From: Candidatus Kaiserbacteria bacterium
Lineage (GTDB): Bacteria > Patescibacteriota > Minisyncoccia > Phycocordibacterales > Phycocordibacteraceae
NCBI GenBank assembly: GCA_963699165.1
Contig: OY969413.1
Span: 916,562 to 980,561, forward strand
Reading direction: 5' to 3'
Length of the DNA: 64,000 bases
Below, one piece after another: positions 37,115-46,633 of the stretch. The notes below the pieces were generated by a model. It made no database searches and was not told where the DNA came from. It was given only the letters and a program-made list of their open reading frames with translations. Position 1 is the first letter of the stretch. Every line of letters starts with the position of its first letter. Position numbers and translations under genes: made by a program.

Positions 37115-38199
37115 ACTTTTTTCTTCGGCCGCTTTGCATATGCGCGGGCGACCATTATTTTTGCGCTCTCAACCATGGGCATTTCAGCGCCGAACAAGTG
37201 AAAGTCAAACCCTTCCTTTTCTCCGGCGGCTCGCAATAGTTCGAATGCTTCTTCTTTCCGCGGACCATCGCGTCGGATAACGATCGGGTAATTCGGTTTC
37301 GGCGAAACTTCGCGCAAACCCTCGAGGAATCCGGATAGGGTGGTGAAGATGTCCGTAAAATTCGCGGCTGCCCCTATGACCCAGCATCCGCGAAGTCCGT
37401 CCCGCGAGAGAACGCGTTTTGTCAGCTCGCGTACGACTTCGGCAGGAGGGTTTCCGGAATATTCCGTATAATTCGCCGGTTTGCCTCCCGCGCGCATAAG
37501 CGCGTCCATATTCAGCATTGAGGCGCCTCCTCCCGAGGCAAGAATTGCTATGTCTCCTTCCATTTCAATGTTGCGCCGTTCAGTCGGCCGGTGTTTTTCG
37601 TTATCCTGAATTACTTTTGCATCGCCGGCGATGTATTTGCCCGCACGCGTTTTGAAAAGAGGATTTATTTCGGCAAGAAGCGCATATTCGGTATTGAAAA
37701 GATTCCAGAGTTTCAGAACCACGCCAGCCACGTTTGCCGCATCGCTCTTCGGAAACCGCGCTTTGCCGAGCATAGCGCCCACTTTCGCGCGGGATAATTT
37801 CTTCGTCAGGTCGATAGGGAAGATACGCGCTTTGCTGACGCCGCTGCCTCCCCGCGGAGTAATCGCAAGCACCGGACCGCGCGTTCGGTCATCGTATGAA
37901 AAACTCACGTAGTATTCGCGAACCGCATCGATACGCTCCTCAACGAGTACTTCGGCGACCTCTTCACCCCCAATCTTTTTCCCCAGAAGTTTTGCCGCTT
38001 TGCGCACCGCATCCTTTCCGTTTTCGGCCATGCGAATTCCGCCGGCTTTTTTTCGGTCGCCACTTAGGACTTGGGCCTTGACCACACACGCTCCCAAATC
38101 CTCGGGAATTTCGTGAACATTCGCCACCACTGTGCCAACTGGGATTTCGATTCCGTATGTGCGAAAAAGTTCTTTTCCTTCAAACTCGCGAAGCTTCAT
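37111..38199 (-). CDS. ATP-grasp + citrate-binding subunit of ATP-citrate lyase / citryl-CoA synthetase
   Basis: MKLREFEGK, VVKAQV..G.R.KAGGI, AEINP, DAK; GGGASM...PANYTEYSGNP and ANFTDI match the ACL citrate-binding domain rather than SucC. Confidence 0.85.
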   Translation of the reverse strand: MKLREFEGKELFRTYGIEIPVGTVVANVHEIPEDLGACVVKAQVLSGDRKKAGGIRMAENGKDAVRKAAKLLGKKIGGEEVAEVLVEERIDAVREYYVSFSYDDRTRGPVLAITPRGGSGVSKARIFPIDLTKKLSRAKVGAMLGKARFPKSDAANVAGVVLKLWNLFNTEYALLAEINPLFKTRAGKYIAGDAKVIQDNEKHRPTERRNIEMEGDIAILASGGGASMLNMDALMRAGGKPANYTEYSGNPPAEVVRELTKRVLSRDGLRGCWVIGAAANFTDIFTTLSGFLEGLREVSPKPNYPIVIRRDGPRKEEAFELLRAAGEKEGFDFHLFGAEMPMVESAKIMVARAYAKRPKKKV

Positions 38200-38288
38200 G
38201 GCGGACATAATATCCGTTTCAGAGCATCGTCACAAGCAACGATGCGTAACTCTGGTGTTTTGATTGCAGTTAGAGGTATTATATCCCT

Positions 38289-38834
38289 ATGACGAAAAAG
38301 CACTTCTTGGATGGAGAAACGATTTACCTACGGCCTCTTTCTTTGGACGATCTCGCGGCCGATTATCCGGCATGGTTGAACGATCCCGAGGTCTCGGCCC
38401 ACAACTCGCACCACACTTTTCCGTACACGCTCGGGCAGGCAAAGGGGTACGTCGAGAGCATTCAAAATGATCCCCAAAATCTCGTTCTTGCCATTGTTGC
38501 AAAAGATACGGACAAACACATCGGCAACATTGCGTTGCAGCGCATCCATTTGGTCGACCGCAACGCCGAATACGCAATTATGCTTGGCGACAAAAATTAT
38601 TGGGGCAAAGGCGTTGGAAGAGAGGCCTCGAAGCTTTTGCTTGCGCACGGATTCAGTGTGCTTAACCTGCACCGCATATACTGCGGCACTTCGAGCAATA
38701 ACGTCGCTATGCAAAAACTTGCCATCGCGCTCGGCATGCGCGAGGAGGGGCGCAGACGCGAGGCGCAGTTTAAGAATGGCGAGTATGTCGATATCATCGA
38801 ATACGGCATTCTTGAAAATGAGTTCGCGGCCTAA
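38289..38834 (+). CDS. GNAT N-acetyltransferase (RimJ/RimL type; PseH-like role)
   Basis: YLRPL, WGKGVGREA, LNLHRI, GMREEG. Confidence 0.88.
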   Translation: MTKKHFLDGETIYLRPLSLDDLAADYPAWLNDPEVSAHNSHHTFPYTLGQAKGYVESIQNDPQNLVLAIVAKDTDKHIGNIALQRIHLVDRNAEYAIMLGDKNYWGKGVGREASKLLLAHGFSVLNLHRIYCGTSSNNVAMQKLAIALGMREEGRRREAQFKNGEYVDIIEYGILENEFAA

Positions 38835-38840
38835 CTTTCT

Positions 38841-40061
38841 ATGAACCGGAAACTCGCTGAACCGCTTTTTCCTCACTTGCAATACTGTTCGCGCTGCTGC
38901 ATTCCGGAGACACAGGAAGGAATCGCGTTCGACGAACTCGGCATCTGCCGTGCGTGCCAATCATCCGAACAGAAAATACACATCAATTGGGTGGAGCGAG
39001 AAAAAAAATTTCGAGAGATCTTGTCGAATGCAAAGGCAAAGGCCGGCAGCAATTACGACTGTGTTATTCCTATCAGCGGCGGCAAGGACAGCACGTTTCA
39101 GCTCCATATGCTCACGAAGGTATACGGGATGAAGCCGCTTGCGGTAACCTTCAGTCATAATTGGTGGAGCGAATCCGGTTGGTACAACCTTCAGAACGCG
39201 CTTGAGACCTTTAATGTCGACCATATCGCATTCACACCGAATCGCGCTCTTATCAATAAGCTCGCGCGCAAGTCCTTGGGCGGCATCGGCGATGTCAGTT
39301 GGCATGACCACGGGGGGGTAGGGTCGTTCCCGCTGCAGGCCGCAGTGAAATGGAAGATTCCGTTGCTCATCTGGGGCGAATCAATTGCCGAATCCTCCGG
39401 TCGTGCGTCATACGACATGCCGGTGCATAAGTTTGACCGAGAGTACTTTATCAAGCAGTCTGCGAAGCTCTCCGCCGACCAAATGGTCGGCGGAGATATC
39501 ACCGCGCAAGACATGCGGGCGTTTCAAATACCGAGTCAGGAGGAAATCGATGCCGCGGGCGTTTGGGGAATACATCTCGGAGATTACATTTTCTGGGATG
39601 ACGAACGGCAGACGGAATTTCTCGAAGAGGTTTACGGCTGGAGGCAAACGGAAATGGAAAATACTTACAAGCGCTATAAAAGCGTTGAAGACGTTATGTC
39701 GGGCATGCATGACTTTACCTGCTATCTCAAGCGCGGGTATGGGCGCGCAACGTATCAGGCATCTATCGATGTTCGCAACGGCCTCCTTACCCGCGAAGAG
39801 GGTTTTGAACTTATCCGTAAACACGATCCAGAAGTACCCGAGGCTCTTGCATACTACTTGCGCGCCACGGGCATGAGCGAAAAAGAATTTTATGCCACCA
39901 TGGAACGGATGCGCGTGGAGAAGATGCGCGGCGTCGATATTCCAATCGTAAAAAAGACGCATAAAAACGCCGAGCGCATACTTCCGTTTCCGGAACAGTT
40001 GATAGAGAAATTTAATCCCGCGGGTAAGACAACGAAAGCCGGCCGAATTTTACTGCCATGA
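38841..40061 (+). CDS. N-acetyl sugar amidotransferase (WbpG/PseA-like)
   Basis: N-terminal CSRC...CRAC, PP-loop YDCVIPISGGKDS, KRGYGRAT...S.DVR.G.LTREE. Confidence 0.9.
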   Translation: MNRKLAEPLFPHLQYCSRCCIPETQEGIAFDELGICRACQSSEQKIHINWVEREKKFREILSNAKAKAGSNYDCVIPISGGKDSTFQLHMLTKVYGMKPLAVTFSHNWWSESGWYNLQNALETFNVDHIAFTPNRALINKLARKSLGGIGDVSWHDHGGVGSFPLQAAVKWKIPLLIWGESIAESSGRASYDMPVHKFDREYFIKQSAKLSADQMVGGDITAQDMRAFQIPSQEEIDAAGVWGIHLGDYIFWDDERQTEFLEEVYGWRQTEMENTYKRYKSVEDVMSGMHDFTCYLKRGYGRATYQASIDVRNGLLTREEGFELIRKHDPEVPEALAYYLRATGMSEKEFYATMERMRVEKMRGVDIPIVKKTHKNAERILPFPEQLIEKFNPAGKTTKAGRILLP

Positions 40062-41425
40062 ACCGTCTATTTGTCGAAAACTCCATAGGCGAGATTATAA
40101 AAAAATACGCGAGCAAGGAACTTGCTCCGAAGGACGTTGCGGAAGCAGTCCTCGAAAACATTGAGGCGTATGATTCTCAATACTTTGCGTGGGTGGCGAC
40201 TGCGGACGCGAAGTGGCCGGGGCGCGTTCAGAACGAAGCCGATACGTACGGCATTAACCCGGACAAAAAATTGGAATTTATACCGGTCGGAGTGAAAGAT
40301 ATCTACAATACGCGCGATTTTCCGACTCAGATGGGTAGCCCGTTGTGGAAAGATTTTACACCCGGCAATGATGCCCGTGCGGTGTATCACCTGAAGCGAG
40401 CTGGCGCCGTGGTGCCTGGGAAAACCGTTACCGCCGAATTCGCGGTGCATGCCCTGGACAAGACGCTTAACCCGTACGATGTAACGAAAACGCCGGGAAC
40501 TTCTTCAAGCGGTTCCGCTGTCGCAGTAACGCTTGGAATGGTGCCGCTCGCCACGGGCACCCAAACAGCCGGGTCAATCGTTCGTCCAGCAAGTTTCTGC
40601 GGCATTTACGGCATGAAACCATCCTTTGGACTCATTCCGCGCACCGGCACCTTAAAGACGACCGACAGTTTAGACACCCTCGGGTTTTTCGCTTTGCATG
40701 CCGCGGACTTGCGGCGCGGGCTCGACTCTCTAAGGGTCGCGGGGGAGAATTATCCCATCAGTCATGCCGCGCTGAGCGATGTTGTTCGGCAGCAAAAACC
40801 CGCAGGGCGGCTATGGCGAGTTGCGCTCGTGAAGACACATACGTGGGAACATGCACCGCAGTATGCCAAGAACTCATTGCTCAACTTTGTAGGAAAACTT
40901 ACGAAGGCGGGTGTGGAGGTGGTTGACGCCGAGCTTCCGGGGGGAATGGGGCGCGCACATGAAATACACAAAATTATTTATGATAAATCGCTTTCGTACT
41001 ATTTTGAAAAGGAGCACACGCGACCGGAATTCGTTTCACCGGTTATGAATGAGCTCATCGCAAATGGCACGGCTATCGGCAAAGAGGTCTTTGCGAAAGC
41101 GCTTGCGGATCAAACGGCACTAATCTATGCCATGGATGATTTTTTTGCGGATTTTGACATCGTGCTCTCTCTTTCGACGGCCGGTGAAGCACCTCCAAGG
41201 GCAGTTACCGAACTTCCCGACCCGGCGCTCATGTGGACTCTCACCCATCTTCCGGTCGTCAGCCTGCCGATCTTCGCTTCGCCGAGCGGCCTTCCTTTCG
41301 GGGCGCAGATTGCCGCCCGCAAATACAACGACTATCTGTTGCTTTCATTTATCGACTATCTCCGCTCGGAATTGCTTGCTCCTGCCTCCGCGGGGTATTG
41401 CGTGAAATCTCCCGCCGCGCGGTAA
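40058..41425 (+). CDS. Amidase-signature family protein (GatA-like)
   Basis: GVKD, TPGTSSSGSA, GTQTAGSIVRPASFCG (Ser-cisSer-Lys triad). Confidence 0.9.
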   Translation: MNRLFVENSIGEIIKKYASKELAPKDVAEAVLENIEAYDSQYFAWVATADAKWPGRVQNEADTYGINPDKKLEFIPVGVKDIYNTRDFPTQMGSPLWKDFTPGNDARAVYHLKRAGAVVPGKTVTAEFAVHALDKTLNPYDVTKTPGTSSSGSAVAVTLGMVPLATGTQTAGSIVRPASFCGIYGMKPSFGLIPRTGTLKTTDSLDTLGFFALHAADLRRGLDSLRVAGENYPISHAALSDVVRQQKPAGRLWRVALVKTHTWEHAPQYAKNSLLNFVGKLTKAGVEVVDAELPGGMGRAHEIHKIIYDKSLSYYFEKEHTRPEFVSPVMNELIANGTAIGKEVFAKALADQTALIYAMDDFFADFDIVLSLSTAGEAPPRAVTELPDPALMWTLTHLPVVSLPIFASPSGLPFGAQIAARKYNDYLLLSFIDYLRSELLAPASAGYCVKSPAAR

Positions 41426-41476
41426 CCAATTACGGGCAATTTGAGTTATATCTTGTACGTGATAGATTAAAAATTC

Positions 41477-42490
41477 ATGGCCACATCTCGACCTCGGGCG
41501 CATAAGAAAAGCCCTGATTTTTTGAAAGGGAAAACGGTGCTTGTGACCGGCGGAACGGGCACGTTTGGGCGTGCCTTTGTCGCCCGATTGCTCGCAGTGC
41601 CCGGCATCAAGAAGATTATTATTTTCAGCCGCGATGAACTCAAGCAGAGCCAAGTGCAGAGTTTGTATCCGAAAGAAAAGCGCCTGCGGTATTTCATCGG
41701 GGACATTCGCGACGTCGAGCGGCTAAAGCGAGCGTTCGACGGCGTTGACGTTGTTGTCCACGCGGCGGCGCTGAAACAAGTTCCCGCCACCGAATACAAT
41801 CCGTTTGAAGCGGTTAAGACGAACATCATCGGGAGCCAAAACGTCGTTGATGCGGCGCTGTCCGCCGGTGTGCCGAAAGTGTTGCTCGTGTCGTCGGACA
41901 AAGCGGTCGAGCCGATTAATCTCTACGGCGCGACAAAACTTGCCGCCGAAAAACTATTTGTAGCCGCAAATGTGTATGCAAGCGATAAAAACCCATCGGC
42001 GTTTTCCGTCGTGCGCTATGGCAACGTCATCGGCAGCCGTGGCAGCTTGGTCGAGCTTATCGAAAAACTGCGCGCGACCGGACGCATTCCGCTCACCGAC
42101 AAGCGGATGACGCGTTTTTGGATACGAATCGAACGAGTCACGGACATCGTGCTCGAATGTTTATCTACCATGCGCGGCGGAGAAATTTTTGTTCCCAAGA
42201 TGAAAAATATGTCCGTGGCGGATGTTATCAAGCTTCTTGCGCCGGAATGCAAACTGGACGATGTCGGCATTCGTCCGGGAGAGAAATTGCACGAGACGCT
42301 CATCACCGAGTACGAGGAGCGCCGCGCGAAAGAATTGAAGAATTTTTATGTTATCAGTCCGGAGTTTGGTTCGACCGATAGGAGCTGGCTTGAGGACAAA
42401 ACTGATGTTCCCGAAGGGTTCCGTTACCGAAGCCACAATAAAGAATTTCTCCTGACCGCCGACGAGGCGAGAGCGATTTTTGCTAAGTAG
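41477..42490 (+). CDS. pseB: UDP-N-acetylglucosamine 4,6-dehydratase (inverting)
   Basis: TGGTGTFG, FSRDELKQ, HAAALKQVP, EYNPFE, NLYGATK, RYGNVIGSRGS, MTRFWI, GIRPGEKLHE. Confidence 0.9.
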   Translation: MATSRPRAHKKSPDFLKGKTVLVTGGTGTFGRAFVARLLAVPGIKKIIIFSRDELKQSQVQSLYPKEKRLRYFIGDIRDVERLKRAFDGVDVVVHAAALKQVPATEYNPFEAVKTNIIGSQNVVDAALSAGVPKVLLVSSDKAVEPINLYGATKLAAEKLFVAANVYASDKNPSAFSVVRYGNVIGSRGSLVELIEKLRATGRIPLTDKRMTRFWIRIERVTDIVLECLSTMRGGEIFVPKMKNMSVADVIKLLAPECKLDDVGIRPGEKLHETLITEYEERRAKELKNFYVISPEFGSTDRSWLEDKTDVPEGFRYRSHNKEFLLTADEARAIFAK

Positions 42491-42496
42491 GTTGTC

Positions 42497-43531
42497 ATGG
42501 CGCGATTGCCGGTTGCAACGAAACAAAAGAAACCGACCTATCGCGTCGCCGTCGTCGGCTGCGGGAAGATAGGGGCGCTTTTTGAAGCAGAACCGAAGCG
42601 CGAGAAGCCGGCGAGCCACGCGGGAGCCGCCGTTTTGAATTCCAGAACCAAGCTCGCGGCTTTTGTCGATACGAGAAAAGAGAATCTTGCCGCCGCCGCG
42701 AAATTATTTCCGCAGGCGGTACCGTACGCCAAACTTTCTTTCTGCCTCAAGAAAGAACGTCCCGATATCGTCGTCATTGCGACTCCTCCCGCGGCGCGCC
42801 TTGCTCTTATACGGGAATGCGTGCGCGAAGGTGTGCGAATAGTCGTGTGCGAAAAACCGCTCGCGTCGAACAAAAAAGAAGCGGCGCAAATCGAGGCGCT
42901 CGTGAAGAAGAGCCGAACAACATTCGTCCTCAACTACCAGCGCCGCTTTTCCCCGCTCTTTGCGCGCGTACGGCAAGAAATCAAAAAAGGGAAGTTGGGG
43001 CGGATTCAGCAAATCACCTGTTACTACAGTAATGGGCTCTACAGCAACGCCGGCCATATCGTTGACGCTCTATCGTATGTACTCGATGACGAAATCGTTT
43101 CCGCATCGGGCTTCACGAATGCCGTGAACAAGACGCATCCGGCAGGAGACATAAATGTCGATGCAATTCTAAAAACAAAAAAAGGGACAACGATTGCTCT
43201 ACAGAGCTTTGACCAAAAAGAATACGGCATTCACGATATTCGAATCTACGGGACGAAAGAGAGCGCGACACTGACCGATTACGGAATGACGCTCGTCGAG
43301 ACGCCGGCCGCGGTCTCGCAGTTTAAGGGAGTTTTGCAGTTGGACGGAAAGCGCCGGCGCGAAACCCATAGCCCGCTGAGCGCCACGAAACAGGTTTTGA
43401 CGCATGCAATCGAGTCGTATGAAAAGAAGCTCCCGCAGGCAAGTTCTGCTACGAGCGGTCTTGCGGTCTTGCGCGTACTCGATGCCATCGCAAGGAGCGC
43501 CAAATTACAAGGCAAGACCATACGCATATGA
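42497..43531 (+). CDS. Gfo/Idh/MocA-family oxidoreductase
   Basis: VVGCGKIG, CEKP, NYQRRF. Confidence 0.9.
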   Translation: MARLPVATKQKKPTYRVAVVGCGKIGALFEAEPKREKPASHAGAAVLNSRTKLAAFVDTRKENLAAAAKLFPQAVPYAKLSFCLKKERPDIVVIATPPAARLALIRECVREGVRIVVCEKPLASNKKEAAQIEALVKKSRTTFVLNYQRRFSPLFARVRQEIKKGKLGRIQQITCYYSNGLYSNAGHIVDALSYVLDDEIVSASGFTNAVNKTHPAGDINVDAILKTKKGTTIALQSFDQKEYGIHDIRIYGTKESATLTDYGMTLVETPAAVSQFKGVLQLDGKRRRETHSPLSATKQVLTHAIESYEKKLPQASSATSGLAVLRVLDAIARSAKLQGKTIRI

Positions 43532-44820
43532 AAACAAAAACAAAAAAATCGGCACTCGCGCTTTTTGGCGGCACGCCCGTGTTAAAAAAAAGATTGCCCG
43601 AAGTGCACAATACCGGCAGTCAGGAAATACAAGCGGCCGTGCGCGTCATTAAAAAAGGTCCTTTGTCGGGATTTTTGGGAACCTACAGCCCGGGATTCCT
43701 TGGAGGAGAACACGTGCAGAAATTAGAAGCTGCGTTTGCAAAAAAATTCAAGACGAAGCATGCCGTCTCGTTCAACTCTGCGACGACGGCGCTCCATGCC
43801 GCCATCGTCGCGCTTGAAATCGGTCCAGGAGATGAAGTGATTGTCTCGCCGTATACCATGTCGGCGTCCGCCACGGCGATACTTATGAACGGTGCCGTTC
43901 CGATTTTCGCCGATATCGACGAGCGCACATTCAACCTCAATCCCTTATCGGTCGAAAAGCGCATAACGAAGAACACCAAAGCGATTATGGTCGTGAATCT
44001 GCTCGGGCAGGCGGCCGATCTCGGCGCATTGCTTGCGCTCGCCAAGAAACATAATTTGAAAATCATCGAGGACAATGCGCAAAGCCCGGGTGCAACGTGG
44101 CGAGGAAAATATACCGGCACGGTCGGCGATATCGGCGTCTTTAGTTTGAATGTGCACAAGACGATTCAAACGGGGGAGGGAGGAATACTCGTCACGAATA
44201 ATCCAAAGTATGCGCTTCGCGCGCGCCTCTGCCGAAACCACGGTGAGGCCGTTGTCGACGGCATGACGGGGTATGATGCGGGGCCAATCTTTGGCAGCAA
44301 CTATCGTATGCCCGAAGTCGTAGCCGCGATGGGATTGGTGCAATTGTCCCGATTGGAGACGCTCACAAAACAGCGCCAGCAACTGGTGAAGTTCTTGGAA
44401 AAAGAACTTGCGGGGATTGACGGGCTTACGCTTCCGCAAGTCGCGCGCGGCAATACGCATGTGTACTACCGCTATGCCATCAAAGTCGACGAAAAGAAGC
44501 TCGGCATCTCCCGCGACCGGCTTGCGGAAGCAATGACTGCGGAGGGATTCGGCATGTCGAAGGGATATGTGAAGCCGATTTATCTGCTGCCGCTTTTTCA
44601 GGAGCGCAAAGCATTCAATCACACGCATTTTCCGTTTGAGAGCAATTACTACGACGGCGCGCCCGATTATTCGAAAGGCAGTTGTCCGGTCGTGGAGCGT
44701 TTGAACGAAAAGGAATTTACGGTGACCGATGTCTGCCAGCACCCTCGGACTAAACGGCATGTCGCTCTCTTCGTGCAGGCGTTGAAAAAAGTGCTTGCGC
44801 ACAAAGATGCATTGCAATGA
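43528..44820 (+). CDS. DegT/DnrJ/EryC1/StrS PLP aminotransferase (PseC-like role)
   Basis: NSATTALH, GDEVIV, IIEDNAQS, FSLNVHKTIQTGEGG, GSNYRM. Confidence 0.93.
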   Translation: MKTKTKKSALALFGGTPVLKKRLPEVHNTGSQEIQAAVRVIKKGPLSGFLGTYSPGFLGGEHVQKLEAAFAKKFKTKHAVSFNSATTALHAAIVALEIGPGDEVIVSPYTMSASATAILMNGAVPIFADIDERTFNLNPLSVEKRITKNTKAIMVVNLLGQAADLGALLALAKKHNLKIIEDNAQSPGATWRGKYTGTVGDIGVFSLNVHKTIQTGEGGILVTNNPKYALRARLCRNHGEAVVDGMTGYDAGPIFGSNYRMPEVVAAMGLVQLSRLETLTKQRQQLVKFLEKELAGIDGLTLPQVARGNTHVYYRYAIKVDEKKLGISRDRLAEAMTAEGFGMSKGYVKPIYLLPLFQERKAFNHTHFPFESNYYDGAPDYSKGSCPVVERLNEKEFTVTDVCQHPRTKRHVALFVQALKKVLAHKDALQ

Positions 44821-45746
44821 AGGTACTTTCCGCCGCGCAGGATCCCGGGGGCCGCAATGCCATTGCGCCGGTTCTTGAAGCGCTTGCGGCCGCCGGAGCG
44901 ACGGTCGGAGAACATGTTGCATCGCCGGATATATTCATCGCCGGGACGAGTGCCGGCGATTCGATCGATAAACGCATTTTGGAGCATCTTGGGGAAACGC
45001 CGAGTGTCTATGTGCTCGATTTCTGGCTGAATTACTGGCAGCGGTTTTCAACGATTGGAAAAAAAGATTTCAAATATTTGCCGACGCGCATTTGCATCAT
45101 GGATGACATCGCCAAAGACGAAATGATTGCCGAGGGATTTTCTCCGGAACGGCTCGTCGTAACCGGCAATCCGCACTTCGACCATTTTGCCGATGCAATA
45201 ACGCGTACCGGCGAAGAAAAAGAACGGATACTTTTTGTTTCGCAACCAATCGCATCGGTTGCAAATTTGCAGGGATTTGCCGCGGTGGCGCATGACGAGT
45301 TCGAGTCGCTTGCGGATGTGCTCGACGCGCTCACGGCGCTTCCCGAAAAATATTATCTTTCGCTTCGGTTGCATCCGAAAGAATCTTCCGACAAATATGC
45401 CGAATACCTCGGGCCACGCGTTCGGCGTGCATCCGAATCAACACTTGAGGAAGCGCTTTCGAAATCGGGACTTATCGTAGGGATGTCGTCGCCGGTGTTA
45501 TTGCAGGCCGCGGCGGCCGAAAAGAAGGTATTGAGTTACGAACCGGAACTTCTCGGCAATGACCCTCTCGTAAGCAATCGGGTCGGCGTTACGAGGCGCA
45601 TTGAGGATCGGAAAGCGCTCGTTGACGCGTTTTCTTCATATGCGCGCGACGAATGGCAATTTGCGGGCCGTTCGATGAGAGAGGTATGGCCGAAGGGCGC
45701 GACGGAACGCGTGATTGACGTCGTTCATTCTCTTTTGCGCGTATGA
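44817..45746 (+). CDS. Hypothetical GT-B-like protein of the nonulosonate cluster
   Basis: DPGG, VTGNPHFD, RLHPKE, GMSS; operonic overlaps on both sides. Confidence 0.6.
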   Translation: MKVLSAAQDPGGRNAIAPVLEALAAAGATVGEHVASPDIFIAGTSAGDSIDKRILEHLGETPSVYVLDFWLNYWQRFSTIGKKDFKYLPTRICIMDDIAKDEMIAEGFSPERLVVTGNPHFDHFADAITRTGEEKERILFVSQPIASVANLQGFAAVAHDEFESLADVLDALTALPEKYYLSLRLHPKESSDKYAEYLGPRVRRASESTLEEALSKSGLIVGMSSPVLLQAAAAEKKVLSYEPELLGNDPLVSNRVGVTRRIEDRKALVDAFSSYARDEWQFAGRSMREVWPKGATERVIDVVHSLLRV

Positions 45747-46624
45747 ATACGGAACCTCAGGCGATTGTGGTAACGGGAATGCGGGGGCTCCTCGGGTCGA
45801 CGCTTTTGCGCACGAAAATCGACGGAGGGAATCCCGTGGGGTTTGCTTCTGACATAACCGATAGGGATGCGATTTCCGCCGAGGTAAACTCGCTTAAGCC
45901 GCGGTGGATTATTCACGCGGCGGCGATGACCGACGTCGGCGCGTGCGAGAGGGATCCTGCGGCGGCGCGCGAGGTAAATGTCGAAGGAACAAAAAAAGTT
46001 GTTGATTCGGCGCACGCCGCCGGAGCGTCCCTGATGTATATCTCGACCGTATCAGTGTTCTCCGGCCGCGAAGGAAATTATACGGAAGGCGATACTCCGG
46101 AGCCGATGAATGTCTATAACACAACCAAACGAGACGGCGAGCTTGCCGTGTTGGCATATGAAAAGGGGATGGTTCTGCGGCTAAATCTCATCGGCGTACA
46201 CCCGGACGGTTCGCGCGGCAAGAATTTTATGGAATGGCTCATTGATTCCATCAACGCAAACAAGGATATGACTTTATTTAATGACCAGTTTATCAATCCG
46301 CTTTCAAACTGGACCGTTGCAGCAACCATCAAGACATTGATCGAGCGGGAAGTGACGGAGAAGATTCTGCATATCGGAAGCAGCAATGTTCTTTCAAAAG
46401 CGGAAATCGCTACATTGGCGCTTGCGCGATTTTCCGAGTATCGCGGAACCGTAGTTCAGAAAAGCATTGACAGCATTGCCGACGGCGTTCCGCGTCCTAA
46501 ACAAATGTGGCTTAATTGCGATACGGCGAGCGGAATTATGGGCAGCGGATTTCCGGACATTGGGTCGGAAATCGAAATCATTTTGAATTCCTTTCCGCTA
46601 GCGTTGCGCGGGCATTCGGTATAA
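45743..46624 (+). CDS. RmlD-like SDR reductase
   Basis: TGMRGLLG, HAAAMTDV..CE, YISTVSVF, YNTTK. Confidence 0.85.
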   Translation: MNTEPQAIVVTGMRGLLGSTLLRTKIDGGNPVGFASDITDRDAISAEVNSLKPRWIIHAAAMTDVGACERDPAAAREVNVEGTKKVVDSAHAAGASLMYISTVSVFSGREGNYTEGDTPEPMNVYNTTKRDGELAVLAYEKGMVLRLNLIGVHPDGSRGKNFMEWLIDSINANKDMTLFNDQFINPLSNWTVAATIKTLIEREVTEKILHIGSSNVLSKAEIATLALARFSEYRGTVVQKSIDSIADGVPRPKQMWLNCDTASGIMGSGFPDIGSEIEIILNSFPLALRGHSV

Positions 46625-46633
46625 TATGCCGCT

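Noticed and set aside
35496-38199. Reverse TCA carbon fixation, or ordinary sucCD plus citrate synthase
   Set aside because: No other rTCA genes in the window; the motifs fit the ACL citrate-binding domain and a short citryl-CoA lyase.
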